From the IMG/VR virus record IMGVR_UViG_3300025858_000011: DNA of 55,356 bases; one strand, given 5' to 3'. Position 1 is the stretch's first letter; each line of letters begins with the position of its first letter. Under the pieces are notes generated by a model, which was not told where the DNA came from, made no database searches, and saw only the letters and a list, made by a program, of their open reading frames with translations. Below are positions 35,562-45,445 of this stretch, piece after piece. The stretch comes from a virus. Lineage: Duplodnaviria; Heunggongvirae; Uroviricota; Caudoviricetes. A program made the translations under genes and the position numbers.

Positions 35562-36581
35562 TTAGTTATTAGTATTTATTGGTCTTAACATTTTCCAAAT
35601 AGCCTTGTCTATGTTTTTTTCATCTATAAGAGAAAAGATAAGACTTGGATTATTACGTTTTAGTACTTCTTCTGCTATTTCTTTTCTGGTTTGCAAATTG
35701 AGATTTATAATATCATTATAATTTTGTAATGCCTCAACTTTTATATCAGAAAATTTTAATGTAAGTTGTTCCTTAGTTGCCTTAAACCAGTCATGAAACT
35801 CATCTGGAATATTTTCGATATCACTATTGGCATCATTACATAATAATTCCCAAACGGATAATTCACTTAAATTTGTGACAATTTTATGTAAACGAATATA
35901 CTCGTCATACTTAGCCTTTATATGGGTTCCATTTTCAAATCGTATAACATACCCTTCTTTATTATACCAAGTTTTGTCATGAAGCTTAAATAATAAATTA
36001 TCGATGTATTTAAAATGAACTTGTTTTACTACAGGAAATCCGTACCCCTTTGGAAAATCATGAAATCTTCCTACGTCATTATGACACCAGGAAATTGCAA
36101 TTACCTTGCGGGCATTTCCGTAATCTACAACAATTCTATTTTCTGGATAAATTATTTCAAATAAATAAGTATATCCTTCTTTGAATAACCAATTACTTCG
36201 ATAGTATCGCTTCTCTTTCCAGATTTTTTGTGCTTCAAGGCACTGGTCTGATTCAAAACTACCACGGGTTGCAAAAATAAGTTCGCCTTTATATCTTGTT
36301 AGAATTAAAAGGGAGCCATCTACTTTTTCTGTAATTGTAAAAGGATGCTTTGGAATTATGGCATCAGGTTCTCCATAATTAAAAAATTTAGCAGGAGGAC
36401 GAGCTATAATATTATTTTCTGAATCTAGAATAAGTCCTCTACATGCTAAAGTAACTTCATCCCATAGTCTAGAAAATTGTACATCCGGTGTATAATTATA
36501 AATCCATAGATCATGCACCGGATGTTTTTTTCTAGTCACAAGATGTTCATCAATATACCTTGGTGGTATTTCAAATTTCAT
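35562..36581 (-). CDS. RNA ligase, T4 Rnl1-like
   Basis: CRGLI, KFFN, EKVDGSL, FEII, EGYVI, KAK. Confidence 0.88.
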   Translation of the reverse strand: MKFEIPPRYIDEHLVTRKKHPVHDLWIYNYTPDVQFSRLWDEVTLACRGLILDSENNIIARPPAKFFNYGEPDAIIPKHPFTITEKVDGSLLILTRYKGELIFATRGSFESDQCLEAQKIWKEKRYYRSNWLFKEGYTYLFEIIYPENRIVVDYGNARKVIAISWCHNDVGRFHDFPKGYGFPVVKQVHFKYIDNLLFKLHDKTWYNKEGYVIRFENGTHIKAKYDEYIRLHKIVTNLSELSVWELLCNDANSDIENIPDEFHDWFKATKEQLTLKFSDIKVEALQNYNDIINLNLQTRKEIAEEVLKRNNPSLIFSLIDEKNIDKAIWKMLRPINTNN

Positions 36582-37779
36582 CCCAGTTAACCTTTTTTAA
36601 TTTTGGATCAGGATTATACATCCGCCCATATTTTACAGTGGGATACACAATATCAGCTGTGTAATCGTAATTCCCACGAAGTAGTGAGGAACCAACTCCA
36701 TAGGATGTTACTGCCCTGGATACCTTTTCATTGGTTTCAAAAAGTTTTATTTTATCTTCCGTGAATCCTCCAGAAACCACAATTCCAACATCGGTAAAAC
36801 CTTTAGCATCTAATGCGTCTCTGACATTTATCACTAATTGTGGACAAACTCCATTTATATTATCACCCGATTCTGTTGAAACAGATCGATCTATTAATTT
36901 TTCTGAAGTATCAAGTCTAACTGCTTTTAAACATATTGACTGTTTTTTGCAATATGCTGCAATTTCTAAAGAATCAGCAACGCAGTCATTGTTAAAATCA
37001 ACGAGCGCAATCATTGGCGTCTTAGTATACTCTGCATATGCATCAGCTACCTTAATTAAGTCTCCATTATGAATTGCAATCAAGGCATGCGGCATCGTCC
37101 CTTCTCCTAAACTACGCGTTCTTGCACCCATCGCATCAGTAGCAACCAATGACGCCCCTCCTATGGATGCTGCATATCCATCCGCTTCTTGGTTTTCGAA
37201 ACGATCGAATCTATCAGCAAAAAATAATATAGGTTTTCCGTTTGCTGCTCTTTTTACTTTTTGAACATTAGTTGCAATTTTAGTGCTTCTTGCAAGAATT
37301 CCAAGATAAATGGACTCAAGATGCGCGAATGAGCTGGCAACCCCTTTAATTTCCATCATTCCTATCTGTGAAAGAGAGGTATCACCATCAAACAAAGTTG
37401 ATATCTCTAAATCTTTATGGGTATCAACCCACAAATCCTCTAAGAGTTCTTCTTCGTCACTAATTACACCTAATAGATATTTATAATCTTTAAAGTTTTT
37501 TTGAATTTTAAAAATATCAAGTTGTTTTTTACGATCTTGTAACCGTACATATGTCTTTAACGCTCTACCATGATTAGACCAATGCCCCGTGCAGTATTTA
37601 AAAAGATTTAATACTTCACCCACTCCACACACAAGTGCCCCTGGTACTTTATTAAAAACTTGCATCGTTACTACTATTTCATTTTTTGCTAACTCAAGAA
37701 TTCTTTTTTCTTTCCAAAAATATGCGGCAGAATAATACCCCATACGGATATCATTTACTGGTAAGTTATGAACAGACAT
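36571..37779 (-). CDS. Nicotinate phosphoribosyltransferase-like enzyme
   Basis: GTMPHA, LVDFNND, VRLDTS, VSGGF, YGVGS. Confidence 0.8.
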   Translation of the reverse strand: MSVHNLPVNDIRMGYYSAAYFWKEKRILELAKNEIVVTMQVFNKVPGALVCGVGEVLNLFKYCTGHWSNHGRALKTYVRLQDRKKQLDIFKIQKNFKDYKYLLGVISDEEELLEDLWVDTHKDLEISTLFDGDTSLSQIGMMEIKGVASSFAHLESIYLGILARSTKIATNVQKVKRAANGKPILFFADRFDRFENQEADGYAASIGGASLVATDAMGARTRSLGEGTMPHALIAIHNGDLIKVADAYAEYTKTPMIALVDFNNDCVADSLEIAAYCKKQSICLKAVRLDTSEKLIDRSVSTESGDNINGVCPQLVINVRDALDAKGFTDVGIVVSGGFTEDKIKLFETNEKVSRAVTSYGVGSSLLRGNYDYTADIVYPTVKYGRMYNPDPKLKKVNWDEI

Positions 37780-37781
37780 TG

Positions 37782-38102
37782 TTATTCCTTCTTTTCTATT
37801 GCTTTATAAATAATTTCTTTCCAGCAAGTTTTCATTTGCTCAAGAACATCTGTAGAAATACTACATAGTACATCATCAAATCCCATACGATCTGCTAAAT
37901 CTGCATGTATCTTCGAAATAATAATATTAGCTATTTGTTCTTTTGAGTCTATTTCAATGAAATGAATTATATATGATCTCCGGCAAGTTCTACAGAAATT
38001 TGTGTTCCCTGATAAAATACTTCTGGCAATGCTGATGTCGGTTCCTTGACAGTACGGACATGTTCCTGAATCTTGTCCAAGATCATTCTGTATCTTTACC
38101 AT
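37782..38102 (-). CDS. Zn-ribbon protein
   Basis: CPYC and CRTC. Confidence 0.55.
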   Translation of the reverse strand: MVKIQNDLGQDSGTCPYCQGTDISIARSILSGNTNFCRTCRRSYIIHFIEIDSKEQIANIIISKIHADLADRMGFDDVLCSISTDVLEQMKTCWKEIIYKAIEKKE

Positions 38103-38103
38103 A

Positions 38104-38757
38104 TTAGAAATTCCCTTTATTTTTTATCATAGGTTGTGTAAGCCAATTTTTAGCAGTTTGTACATGATGTGGTCTCACAAATTTTGCAAAACTATTTGTA
38201 TGTTGTTCCCACGGAATGTCTCCAGAAAGACGAATAACGTATCCCTCTTGCTCGGAATTTCCAAATACAGATTTGCCTGTGAATAATTTTTGTATCACAT
38301 CAATCTCAAAAATTCCCTTATATAACACTGGGACTGTTGGTAATTCAATGGAATTTTTAGCAAATTGTTCTGTAAGTTCCCAATTCAAACAAGCATTTAG
38401 TTGGTTATATATACCAAAAATAAAAAAGGAAGAAGTAAGCTCATTATACCCGATGCTATGTTTTGCATATACATTCTCTCCGCATACTCGCCATCCCTCT
38501 GGAATTAAAAATTTGATTCCAGAATGAATACTTTTTACTAATGCGCGTGAAGGGTGATGCGCACTATCCAGGGATCTTGCATGTATATAATCGCTATACA
38601 TATTGGTATTCTCACCATCAAGTTTTTCCGTAACCACAACTTCTTTTCCATAAAATAAATCTTTAACTTGTTCCGGAGAAAAAACTCTATCGTGCGTATC
38701 AAACGATCTAGACCACGGTAAATGCCAGATCTTTGGATATTTCTTTAAATTATTCAT
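38104..38757 (-). CDS. RNA ligase family nucleotidyltransferase (short)
   Basis: KYPKIWHLPWS, TEKLDGEN, VCGEN, EGYVIR, KFVR. Confidence 0.82.
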   Translation of the reverse strand: MNNLKKYPKIWHLPWSRSFDTHDRVFSPEQVKDLFYGKEVVVTEKLDGENTNMYSDYIHARSLDSAHHPSRALVKSIHSGIKFLIPEGWRVCGENVYAKHSIGYNELTSSFFIFGIYNQLNACLNWELTEQFAKNSIELPTVPVLYKGIFEIDVIQKLFTGKSVFGNSEQEGYVIRLSGDIPWEQHTNSFAKFVRPHHVQTAKNWLTQPMIKNKGNF

Positions 38758-38759
38758 AT

Positions 38760-39710
38760 TTAAAAATCCACAAAATTAGGATCCTGTAGACAGGAGAATA
38801 CAAATAATCCCTCTTTAATCCACATACGACGTACTTTTGGACGATCATCAAACACACCTATTACCGAGTATTTACCCTTGATGTGTTCTTCGTATAATTC
38901 ACGCTTAACAATGTCGTCGCTTCTCGAATCTGCCGTCTTACGCATTAAAAGATGATCATAGGAAATCTCATGCTTTTCTAGCCATTTTTCCGTTTTAGAT
39001 TTATAAGTATCTTCACGTCCACTTAAAATAAAGATATCATAATCCTTATTATGAGACTCTGCGTTGATATTAGCAATTAACTCAGTAATAGCAAATACAG
39101 GATAATTACATAAATCTTGTTCGCACGTAGAGGCATCATACGGATTCCTTCCATTAAGAAGTGCCAGTGTTCCATCTACGTCAAAAATAAATGTCTTAGG
39201 TAGATCAGCGATGTGCTGCTCTAACCATGGGTATTGTTCTTGTGCTTTTGGTATATAGGTGGAGGAACCGTACTCTCCAATGTTTCGTTTCCAATCTCCT
39301 AACATCTTAAAAATAATTGACTCTCCAACTGGATGTGCCCGTTCGCGGTCTCTTCGTATACATTCCTTTGGATCAACTAAAAAATCCTTAATAATAAAAT
39401 TGACTCCTTCCTCAGAATGCTCACAAAAATTATTGACTAATTCTCTTAGAGTTTTTTCATGTTTAGGACTAATATTAGTATCATCCACGATTACACTTAT
39501 TCCTTGATTAAGGCATCTTAATATAATCTCATTTCTAAGGCTTTCAACAAATCTTTCAGAGGATTTTGACCAATGTCCATTGTCCAACATTGCTCGCATT
39601 TCGTCTTTATTAGTTCTTTTATACTTTCCTGGATGAGCAGCGATCATTTCCTTAGCCCAGGTACTTTTTCCGGACGCGGGTATTCCCCTTAACATAATTA
39701 GCTCTAACAT
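38760..39710 (-). CDS. Polynucleotide kinase/3'-phosphatase (T4 PseT-like)
   Basis: Walker A GIPASGKST, VDDTN, HAD motifs FDVDGT, LSGR, FDDR. Confidence 0.9.
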   Translation of the reverse strand: MLELIMLRGIPASGKSTWAKEMIAAHPGKYKRTNKDEMRAMLDNGHWSKSSERFVESLRNEIILRCLNQGISVIVDDTNISPKHEKTLRELVNNFCEHSEEGVNFIIKDFLVDPKECIRRDRERAHPVGESIIFKMLGDWKRNIGEYGSSTYIPKAQEQYPWLEQHIADLPKTFIFDVDGTLALLNGRNPYDASTCEQDLCNYPVFAITELIANINAESHNKDYDIFILSGREDTYKSKTEKWLEKHEISYDHLLMRKTADSRSDDIVKRELYEEHIKGKYSVIGVFDDRPKVRRMWIKEGLFVFSCLQDPNFVDF

Positions 39711-40645
39711 GTTTCTTTGCCTCTATTAAATCCAAAATCAATTGAAGATGTCCCTCGTAATTCTGCTTGATACGCATCCGAGTGTGACTTTTTTTCTCGC
39801 ATTTTATTTATACGAGTAATTACAGTTTCATAAGGGTATTCTAAAACTTCAACGGCTGTAATAAGTTCTTTTAAGTGTGCAAGAGTCCATCCGTCTGTAT
39901 CTTTGGACCATTTAGTGATTTCTTTAGTAGAAGTAATCTTACATTTATAAGTTAGATACTCTTTTCGTTCCTCTACGGTAGGCATGCCTAGGTAGTATAC
40001 TGTATCAAACCGAGATGGACGATTTATAATACGATCTCCAAGTTTCTCGGGATAATTTGTAGTAGCAATAATCACCGTATTAGAGAACTGTCGATCTCCA
40101 TCTAAAAATTGCAGCAAACGTTGTTCAGCATCGGCATATTGTAAAAAAAGTTCGATGTCTTCAATTATAACCATAACCTTACGATTCGGTTCAATTTTTC
40201 TAAATGAATCAAACCCTACGGCAAATTCCAAACTAAATTTAAATACAATATTACCTTGTTTAATAAATTCATTTATTAATAAGGATACTGCACAAGTTTT
40301 TCCTCCACCTGGGGGTCCCCATAGTAAAAATCCGCGTTTATGGGGTTCTCCGAAACTAAGATATCTTTCCTTTTTAACCCAAAAATTATTAAATTCTTTT
40401 ACGATACGCTCGACTACTGAACCCTTAAATAGTATAAGATCTCTAATTTCAACAGTTAATTTACCAAAGTATAACCCATTGTTATCAAAACCTGTATGAT
40501 AATATCCTGGGTCCAGAGCAGAGACTGTCGGAGGACACGGTCTATAGATTTGGTCACTCACAGTAAAGCTTCTATATAACTCCTGGCTTTGTGTGGGTAT
40601 TGCCAGTTCCGGCTCTGACACTACCGATATTGATTCTTTTATCAT
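39704..40645 (-). CDS. AAA+ ATPase
   Basis: GPPGGGKT, IIEDIE, TTNYPE, RPSRFD. Confidence 0.88.
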   Translation of the reverse strand: MIKESISVVSEPELAIPTQSQELYRSFTVSDQIYRPCPPTVSALDPGYYHTGFDNNGLYFGKLTVEIRDLILFKGSVVERIVKEFNNFWVKKERYLSFGEPHKRGFLLWGPPGGGKTCAVSLLINEFIKQGNIVFKFSLEFAVGFDSFRKIEPNRKVMVIIEDIELFLQYADAEQRLLQFLDGDRQFSNTVIIATTNYPEKLGDRIINRPSRFDTVYYLGMPTVEERKEYLTYKCKITSTKEITKWSKDTDGWTLAHLKELITAVEVLEYPYETVITRINKMREKKSHSDAYQAELRGTSSIDFGFNRGKETC

Positions 40646-41391
40646 GTTAATAATCCTTTGTAATATTTTGTATGAAATTGAATTAATAGTCTGTTTACAT
40701 TATTAATATCTGGTGTCTTGGGTAATTTTGTTTCTAAAATTAGTTTATCAAATTCTGATATTAATTTAGTTGCAAAGCTATAAAAGTGACTACTTGATTC
40801 AAAATATTTACCCTCCCTGATGCTTTTTACCAAATATAAATCATCACCAGATAATTCAGGACTAAGAGTTCCCTTAGTTAATAGTTCTTTTCCGTTTATA
40901 AGGAGTCTAATAGTATGCCCTGCAAACTTTGAATCATACGGGTCATTGATGCTTCCAGCAATGTACTTGTCCCGAAGAGTGCCATGTGTTGATTTATGTT
41001 TTGATCTTTGTAACTGGGAGTAGGCATATCCAGCATAACTATATTTTACTTTTTGAGATAAAAAGAAATTTCTATTATCTAATAATTTTTTGAATAACGG
41101 ATGGCAAAATAATATATATTTTGAGGGAAGAAATAAAAGTTCTAATACATTAGGATTTGCATTTAACGCTAATTTACAAATTTCTTTTAAAGAATGTAAT
41201 ACTACGTCCCCCTCATATTCTTGAGAATTTCTGATTTCCAATCCAAATAATTCGATGGGGGTATTAAGAAATACCCCCCTGTAATCATAATCAGAATCAT
41301 TATTATGGATGCCGTAAGCTCTGGAACCAGTAAGAACCAAATATAGTAAATTAGGCTCTTTTTCTTTAATGATTCTTAGTAGCTCTTTCAT
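40642..41391 (-). CDS. Pol-beta superfamily nucleotidyltransferase (RlaP-like)
   Basis: GSRAYG, SDYDYRGV, NPNVLELL, YAYSQL, HTIRLL. Confidence 0.82.
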   Translation of the reverse strand: MKELLRIIKEKEPNLLYLVLTGSRAYGIHNNDSDYDYRGVFLNTPIELFGLEIRNSQEYEGDVVLHSLKEICKLALNANPNVLELLFLPSKYILFCHPLFKKLLDNRNFFLSQKVKYSYAGYAYSQLQRSKHKSTHGTLRDKYIAGSINDPYDSKFAGHTIRLLINGKELLTKGTLSPELSGDDLYLVKSIREGKYFESSSHFYSFATKLISEFDKLILETKLPKTPDINNVNRLLIQFHTKYYKGLLT

Positions 41392-41699
41392 CTTTTCGCG
41401 TATGGTCCAGAATATGGAATTTTTTCATGGGTAACCTTCTCCGGGACAGTAATTCCGGCATCGGGGAAAGCTGTTGCAAGCTTTTCCAGGGCTACACGAA
41501 CCCCCTCTTTTTTAGTAAAAGTGTCCCTACGATGACAGACTGCCCAGGCAGTTGCACTTATTCCATTTGAAAGGGTAATTGTTACACTTGTCGCGCCATT
41601 TGCAGAGCGACTTACTGATTTTCTGATACCTTCATTTGTAAGATATCGTAGTAATGCCCTAAATGTGCAACTGCTTTTTTGAAAATGTCTTATCTTCAT
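41388..41699 (-). CDS. Conserved-looking phage hypothetical protein
   Basis: AVCHRRDTFTKKEGVRVALEK. Confidence 0.5.
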   Translation of the reverse strand: MKIRHFQKSSCTFRALLRYLTNEGIRKSVSRSANGATSVTITLSNGISATAWAVCHRRDTFTKKEGVRVALEKLATAFPDAGITVPEKVTHEKIPYSGPYAKR

Positions 41700-41965
41700 A
41701 ACTTATATCTGTTTCCTTTTGATATTGTTTTATTGCACTTCTGGTTAATTTATCGGCCTCATTATTATGGGCATTACTCCCATGGACACGACCCCAGTAG
41801 TAAGTGCAACTTTATTAACTAATAGATCCATGATCATTATTAGATTCGCTAACCAATTTTTATTAATTGCTTTTATAAGATATATAATTTCATCGATAAT
41901 AGAAACACATGCCCCGGGTCTGGACTCCCGGAGCATGCGCCGTCTGTATAGACGACATGTTTCAT
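41700..41965 (-). pseudogene. rnhA: Degraded RNase HI gene in three frames
   Basis: Frame A MKHVVYTDGACSGSPDPG, frame B YLIKAINKNWLAN, frame C WGRVHGSNAHNNEADKLTRSA. ATG coupled to the Hsp20 stop (TAATG). Confidence 0.7.
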
Positions 41966-42315
41966 TATTCTGTTATATTCAGTTCTACTGCCTTCATTGA
42001 CTCAGGAATCGCGATGGCTACTCTCAGAGTACCCGCTACATATGTTACAGTAGTGGTTTCCTTTGTGATAGGCATTTGATTTTCCTTTGCTCTCGGGATT
42101 GCCAGCAAAAATGGTTCAGCAAAAGTAGAAACTTCTGCAGTAGACTCTTCTGCACTTACACGAAGAGCATCCTTCGTTGCTGATACCTTAAAATCTACTA
42201 GATTAAACCCAGGGGCCAATACGTCAACTATGACACTTTTTCCGTCATTATATGCTTCAAATGTAGGTTCTGGTGCATATTGATTATTTACACTTGCAAT
42301 TCTTTCAATACTCAT
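41965..42315 (-). CDS. Small heat-shock protein (Hsp20-like)
   Basis: LAPGFNLVDFKVS and ATYxxGxLxV-like VTYVAGTLRVAI. Confidence 0.65.
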   Translation of the reverse strand: MSIERIASVNNQYAPEPTFEAYNDGKSVIVDVLAPGFNLVDFKVSATKDALRVSAEESTAEVSTFAEPFLLAIPRAKENQMPITKETTTVTYVAGTLRVAIAIPESMKAVELNITE

Positions 42316-42340
42316 TTGTGATTATTACCTCTTTTTTTAG

Positions 42341-42787
42341 TTAAGTTAACTTAACTACTATACGCGAAGGAAGTTCTCCACGTGTAATAGCTTTCCAGTA
42401 ATATTTTTTGTCATCAGTTGCATCAGGATATAAATCTAACATCTCTTGCGCTTCTTTTTTCAATACTTCAAATATTTCTGGATCTAAATAAATACAGTTT
42501 GTGCCTTTAGAAGGATGAAGAATCCGTCTTATTTTTACTGCCTGTAGCAGTCCCAATCTTTCAGATGAAATCATTTTTTCTAATATTGTCCAAACTGCTT
42601 CTTCGATTGTTCCTGGACCAAAGTTAAATTTTCTATCATGTATTTCTAACATAAAAGAAATTACTGCGATGGCTGCAGAAGCAATCTGCTCTGGAGCAAC
42701 TTGTGAATCTGTTGGGGATTCAATTAATTCATGTAAGAATAGATCAAGTTCTTCTTTGGAAATTATTTGTTTTGCCTTAGCATCCAT
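42341..42787 (-). CDS. Hypothetical protein
   Basis: 148 aa with RBS aaggga. Confidence 0.5.
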   Translation of the reverse strand: MDAKAKQIISKEELDLFLHELIESPTDSQVAPEQIASAAIAVISFMLEIHDRKFNFGPGTIEEAVWTILEKMISSERLGLLQAVKIRRILHPSKGTNCIYLDPEIFEVLKKEAQEMLDLYPDATDDKKYYWKAITRGELPSRIVVKLT

Positions 42788-42789
42788 GA

Positions 42790-43074
42790 CTATCCCTTCA
42801 TTACATTAAAAATTCCCTTATTAAAATCTTTTCCTAATTGAATAACATTGGTGAAAATATACGAAAAATTAAGTCTCTTTACAATATTAAAAAATATTTC
42901 TTGCTCTTCGACGGAAAATCCGCAATGTTCCCCATTTTCAAAAATAAACTGAGATCCAGATTCTTCTAGCCCGTAAACATGATAACAAATACCCCTGGCA
43001 CCTGCACTATTCCCCAAGCATGATAATTTTAATTCTACTACGGTTCCTACGGGATTAGTCATCAAGATCCCCAC
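42790..43074 (-). CDS. Hypothetical protein
   Basis: 94 aa in a co-directional operon. Confidence 0.45.
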   Translation of the reverse strand: MGILMTNPVGTVVELKLSCLGNSAGARGICYHVYGLEESGSQFIFENGEHCGFSVEEQEIFFNIVKRLNFSYIFTNVIQLGKDFNKGIFNVMKG

Positions 43075-43315
43075 TCGCTACATTAGTTCTATCGAGGTCA
43101 GTTAACCACTCGGGATGAATGAATACTTTATTAAATTCAAAAGAATCTCCATTAAATTTTACTAGTATCCTATGTCCGATGTGGGGAGTTAATCTACGTA
43201 AATAAGTAAGTTTCGCTCCGGAGTTTGTTAATTGTGAAAACGCACCAGGTGTATTAAATCTAGTCTTATCTAATAAAATACCCGAATAGTACTTTCCTAC
43301 TTCAAAATCATTCAT
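43055..43315 (-). CDS. Hypothetical protein
   Basis: 86 aa, ATGA overlap with the PARP stop. Confidence 0.5.
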   Translation of the reverse strand: MNDFEVGKYYSGILLDKTRFNTPGAFSQLTNSGAKLTYLRRLTPHIGHRILVKFNGDSFEFNKVFIHPEWLTDLDRTNVASGDLDD

Positions 43316-44466
43316 TTTTTTAATTCCACTATATATTTAATTGTGCATTGTTGGGTATTATAAATAACAAATTCATCATTATAAATACTGATACCCGCTT
43401 TGGCATATAATGAATCATACTCTCCTTTTCGACGAAGACTATCATAATTAAAAGTATAATATTGAGAATCATGCCTACTTACTTCAAATTTATTTCCTAC
43501 GTGCACTTCATATAATGCAAGGTATCCCGTTGATTCAAGGCCCCTTGCCCAATAGCTACCATTTAATGAAGTGTACCCTATGGACTTCTTTGCTTTATTA
43601 GCAAAATATATTCCATATCCATACATATTACCTGTATGGGTAACATTGGCAGGGCGAATTAAAAGACCGGTTCGTAATATATTAAACCAATTTTCATTTC
43701 GGCTCCCATGCCAGAAAAGTTTAGTTTCTTTATTTTTTGTCGTTTTATGATACTCATCAAATATTTTTTGTGTTTTATGATTTACCACCCTAAATGCTGT
43801 TTTAAAATAATCAGAAGACTCATTTAATGATTTTAAAATTATACTAGTATCATCTTTGTTCACTTCTTCGATGGTTAAATCCATTGCATCTAATAAAGTT
43901 TCTGATGAATCATCAGACGATAAGGAAACTTGGCCGCTCATCGCGTCAAGAGCACTCTGTTCTCTATCTATAATAAGATTGCGATTATCAGCCCCGGTGT
44001 CCCATAAAAAATCTTTCACTTTTCCCATTTTTCGAGGAATTATAATAAATAATTCTTCAAGTTTTTTATTGAACGACACTGTATTATCTTTAATTAATAC
44101 TAGTTGATCAATTATAACCTGTGCAGCGTCAATTTGTGCTTGAGATACTCCATCTGCAGATACCAAATAATTTTGGGTTACTGATGTAGTTGCGTATGTT
44201 TGTAATTGCTTCAAAAAATGAGAAACAGTCGTGCTTGAGATATCTTTAAAAGATGTCGGTATTACTTTTAAAGACGTAATGTCCTGGTATCCTTCACGAA
44301 TCTTTTCATTATATTTTGATTTCCATTTAGTCATAGGAAAATTTTTTGAAGCAATTGAGCCTCCTACTCTTCCCCATTTCGCTGAAAATGTTCCATCAGG
44401 AAATTCGGTCATATCATAAAATTTATTATTATTATGATCGCCGCTTACCTTTAGTAATTTAACCAT
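43312..44466 (-). CDS. PARP-like ADP-ribosyltransferase (WGR + helical + catalytic domains)
   Basis: NNNKFY..WGRVG (WGR domain). Catalytic H-Y-E: WHGSR, GIYFA, NDEFVIY. Confidence 0.9.
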   Translation of the reverse strand: MVKLLKVSGDHNNNKFYDMTEFPDGTFSAKWGRVGGSIASKNFPMTKWKSKYNEKIREGYQDITSLKVIPTSFKDISSTTVSHFLKQLQTYATTSVTQNYLVSADGVSQAQIDAAQVIIDQLVLIKDNTVSFNKKLEELFIIIPRKMGKVKDFLWDTGADNRNLIIDREQSALDAMSGQVSLSSDDSSETLLDAMDLTIEEVNKDDTSIILKSLNESSDYFKTAFRVVNHKTQKIFDEYHKTTKNKETKLFWHGSRNENWFNILRTGLLIRPANVTHTGNMYGYGIYFANKAKKSIGYTSLNGSYWARGLESTGYLALYEVHVGNKFEVSRHDSQYYTFNYDSLRRKGEYDSLYAKAGISIYNDEFVIYNTQQCTIKYIVELKK

Positions 44467-44504
44467 TATTCCTATCCTAAAATTAAAAGTATTACGTACC
44501 TACA

Positions 44505-44514
44505 TCTTATACCA
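44505..44514 (-). promoter_or_regulatory. TGGTATAAGA promoter motif upstream of the PARP gene
   Basis: Exact copy of the 18786 motif, about 40 nt upstream of the ATG. Confidence 0.6.
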
Positions 44515-44807
44515 TATTTATCTATTTTTAATTTTAATTCCTTTTTCCAATTTTTGTATGGATTCAATAGATATTGTGCCCGTAGGTCTTTTTAATACAA
44601 TTGGCGGTATAATCGGACTAGGCGACGTAGGTGGCGTAGATGGACATGAACCAGTATGTACTGATCCTGACATTGCACCATATATTATTGAAGAATCAAA
44701 GGTAAAGGGACTTTCTGTTCTTGAAACATATTTACTTGTACTCATATACATATCCTTTAAATAAGTAAGCCCCCGATCATAATTGACCAGGGGCTCACAT
44801 GTGTGTG

Positions 44808-45440
44808 TTACACGCGTTTATACCCATCTAGGATTTTTAATACTCCTGGGGCGTAATTTTTAGTTTCTTCCGGGAGTTTCTCATGCAGACCTTTATAGGC
44901 CAACCTTGCACGACCTTCTCCTCCATTGTATCCCGCTAACCCAGACTCTACGCCATACTTGGTTACCAACTTATTCAAAAACGCGCATCCTAGTTGAATA
45001 TTCAATTTTGGATTCTTCAGCATTTCTGTGGTGAAGTTCTGGATCCCGGCTTGACTAACTAATTCTTTTCCGGTTTTAGGCATGATTTGCATCATACCTA
45101 CGGCACCGGCCGGCGATACGATGTTTGGATTCCAGGTTCTCCCTGTCTCCCAAGTTATCGTTGCACAAATTAGTTCTACGGGTAGTTTTGGATACTTATA
45201 GCTCATATCCACAACTGTGGATATCACGCTATCCGGTAATACCGAATTATGCGCGTAAGCTATAGTCTTCACAAAAGCAATCCGTGAGTCGTACTCCTCA
45301 CAAAAAACTCGTTTAGCTTCAATTACTTGAAGCTCTGTTTTCAACGAGAATTCAGTTGAAGCGACGTAGGTAAGCACGGGCGCGCAACTGGTATTAAAAA
45401 TACAAAAACCAATTGCGAGCAGGAATATAAGTTTTTTCAA
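44808..45440 (-). CDS. Secreted SLT-family lytic transglycosylase
   Basis: Signal peptide ending in Cys (possible lipoprotein), catalytic WET, SPAGAVGMMQIMP, AGYNGG, ETKNY. Confidence 0.88.
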   Translation of the reverse strand: MKKLIFLLAIGFCIFNTSCAPVLTYVASTEFSLKTELQVIEAKRVFCEEYDSRIAFVKTIAYAHNSVLPDSVISTVVDMSYKYPKLPVELICATITWETGRTWNPNIVSPAGAVGMMQIMPKTGKELVSQAGIQNFTTEMLKNPKLNIQLGCAFLNKLVTKYGVESGLAGYNGGEGRARLAYKGLHEKLPEETKNYAPGVLKILDGYKRV

Positions 45441-45445
45441 AATTT

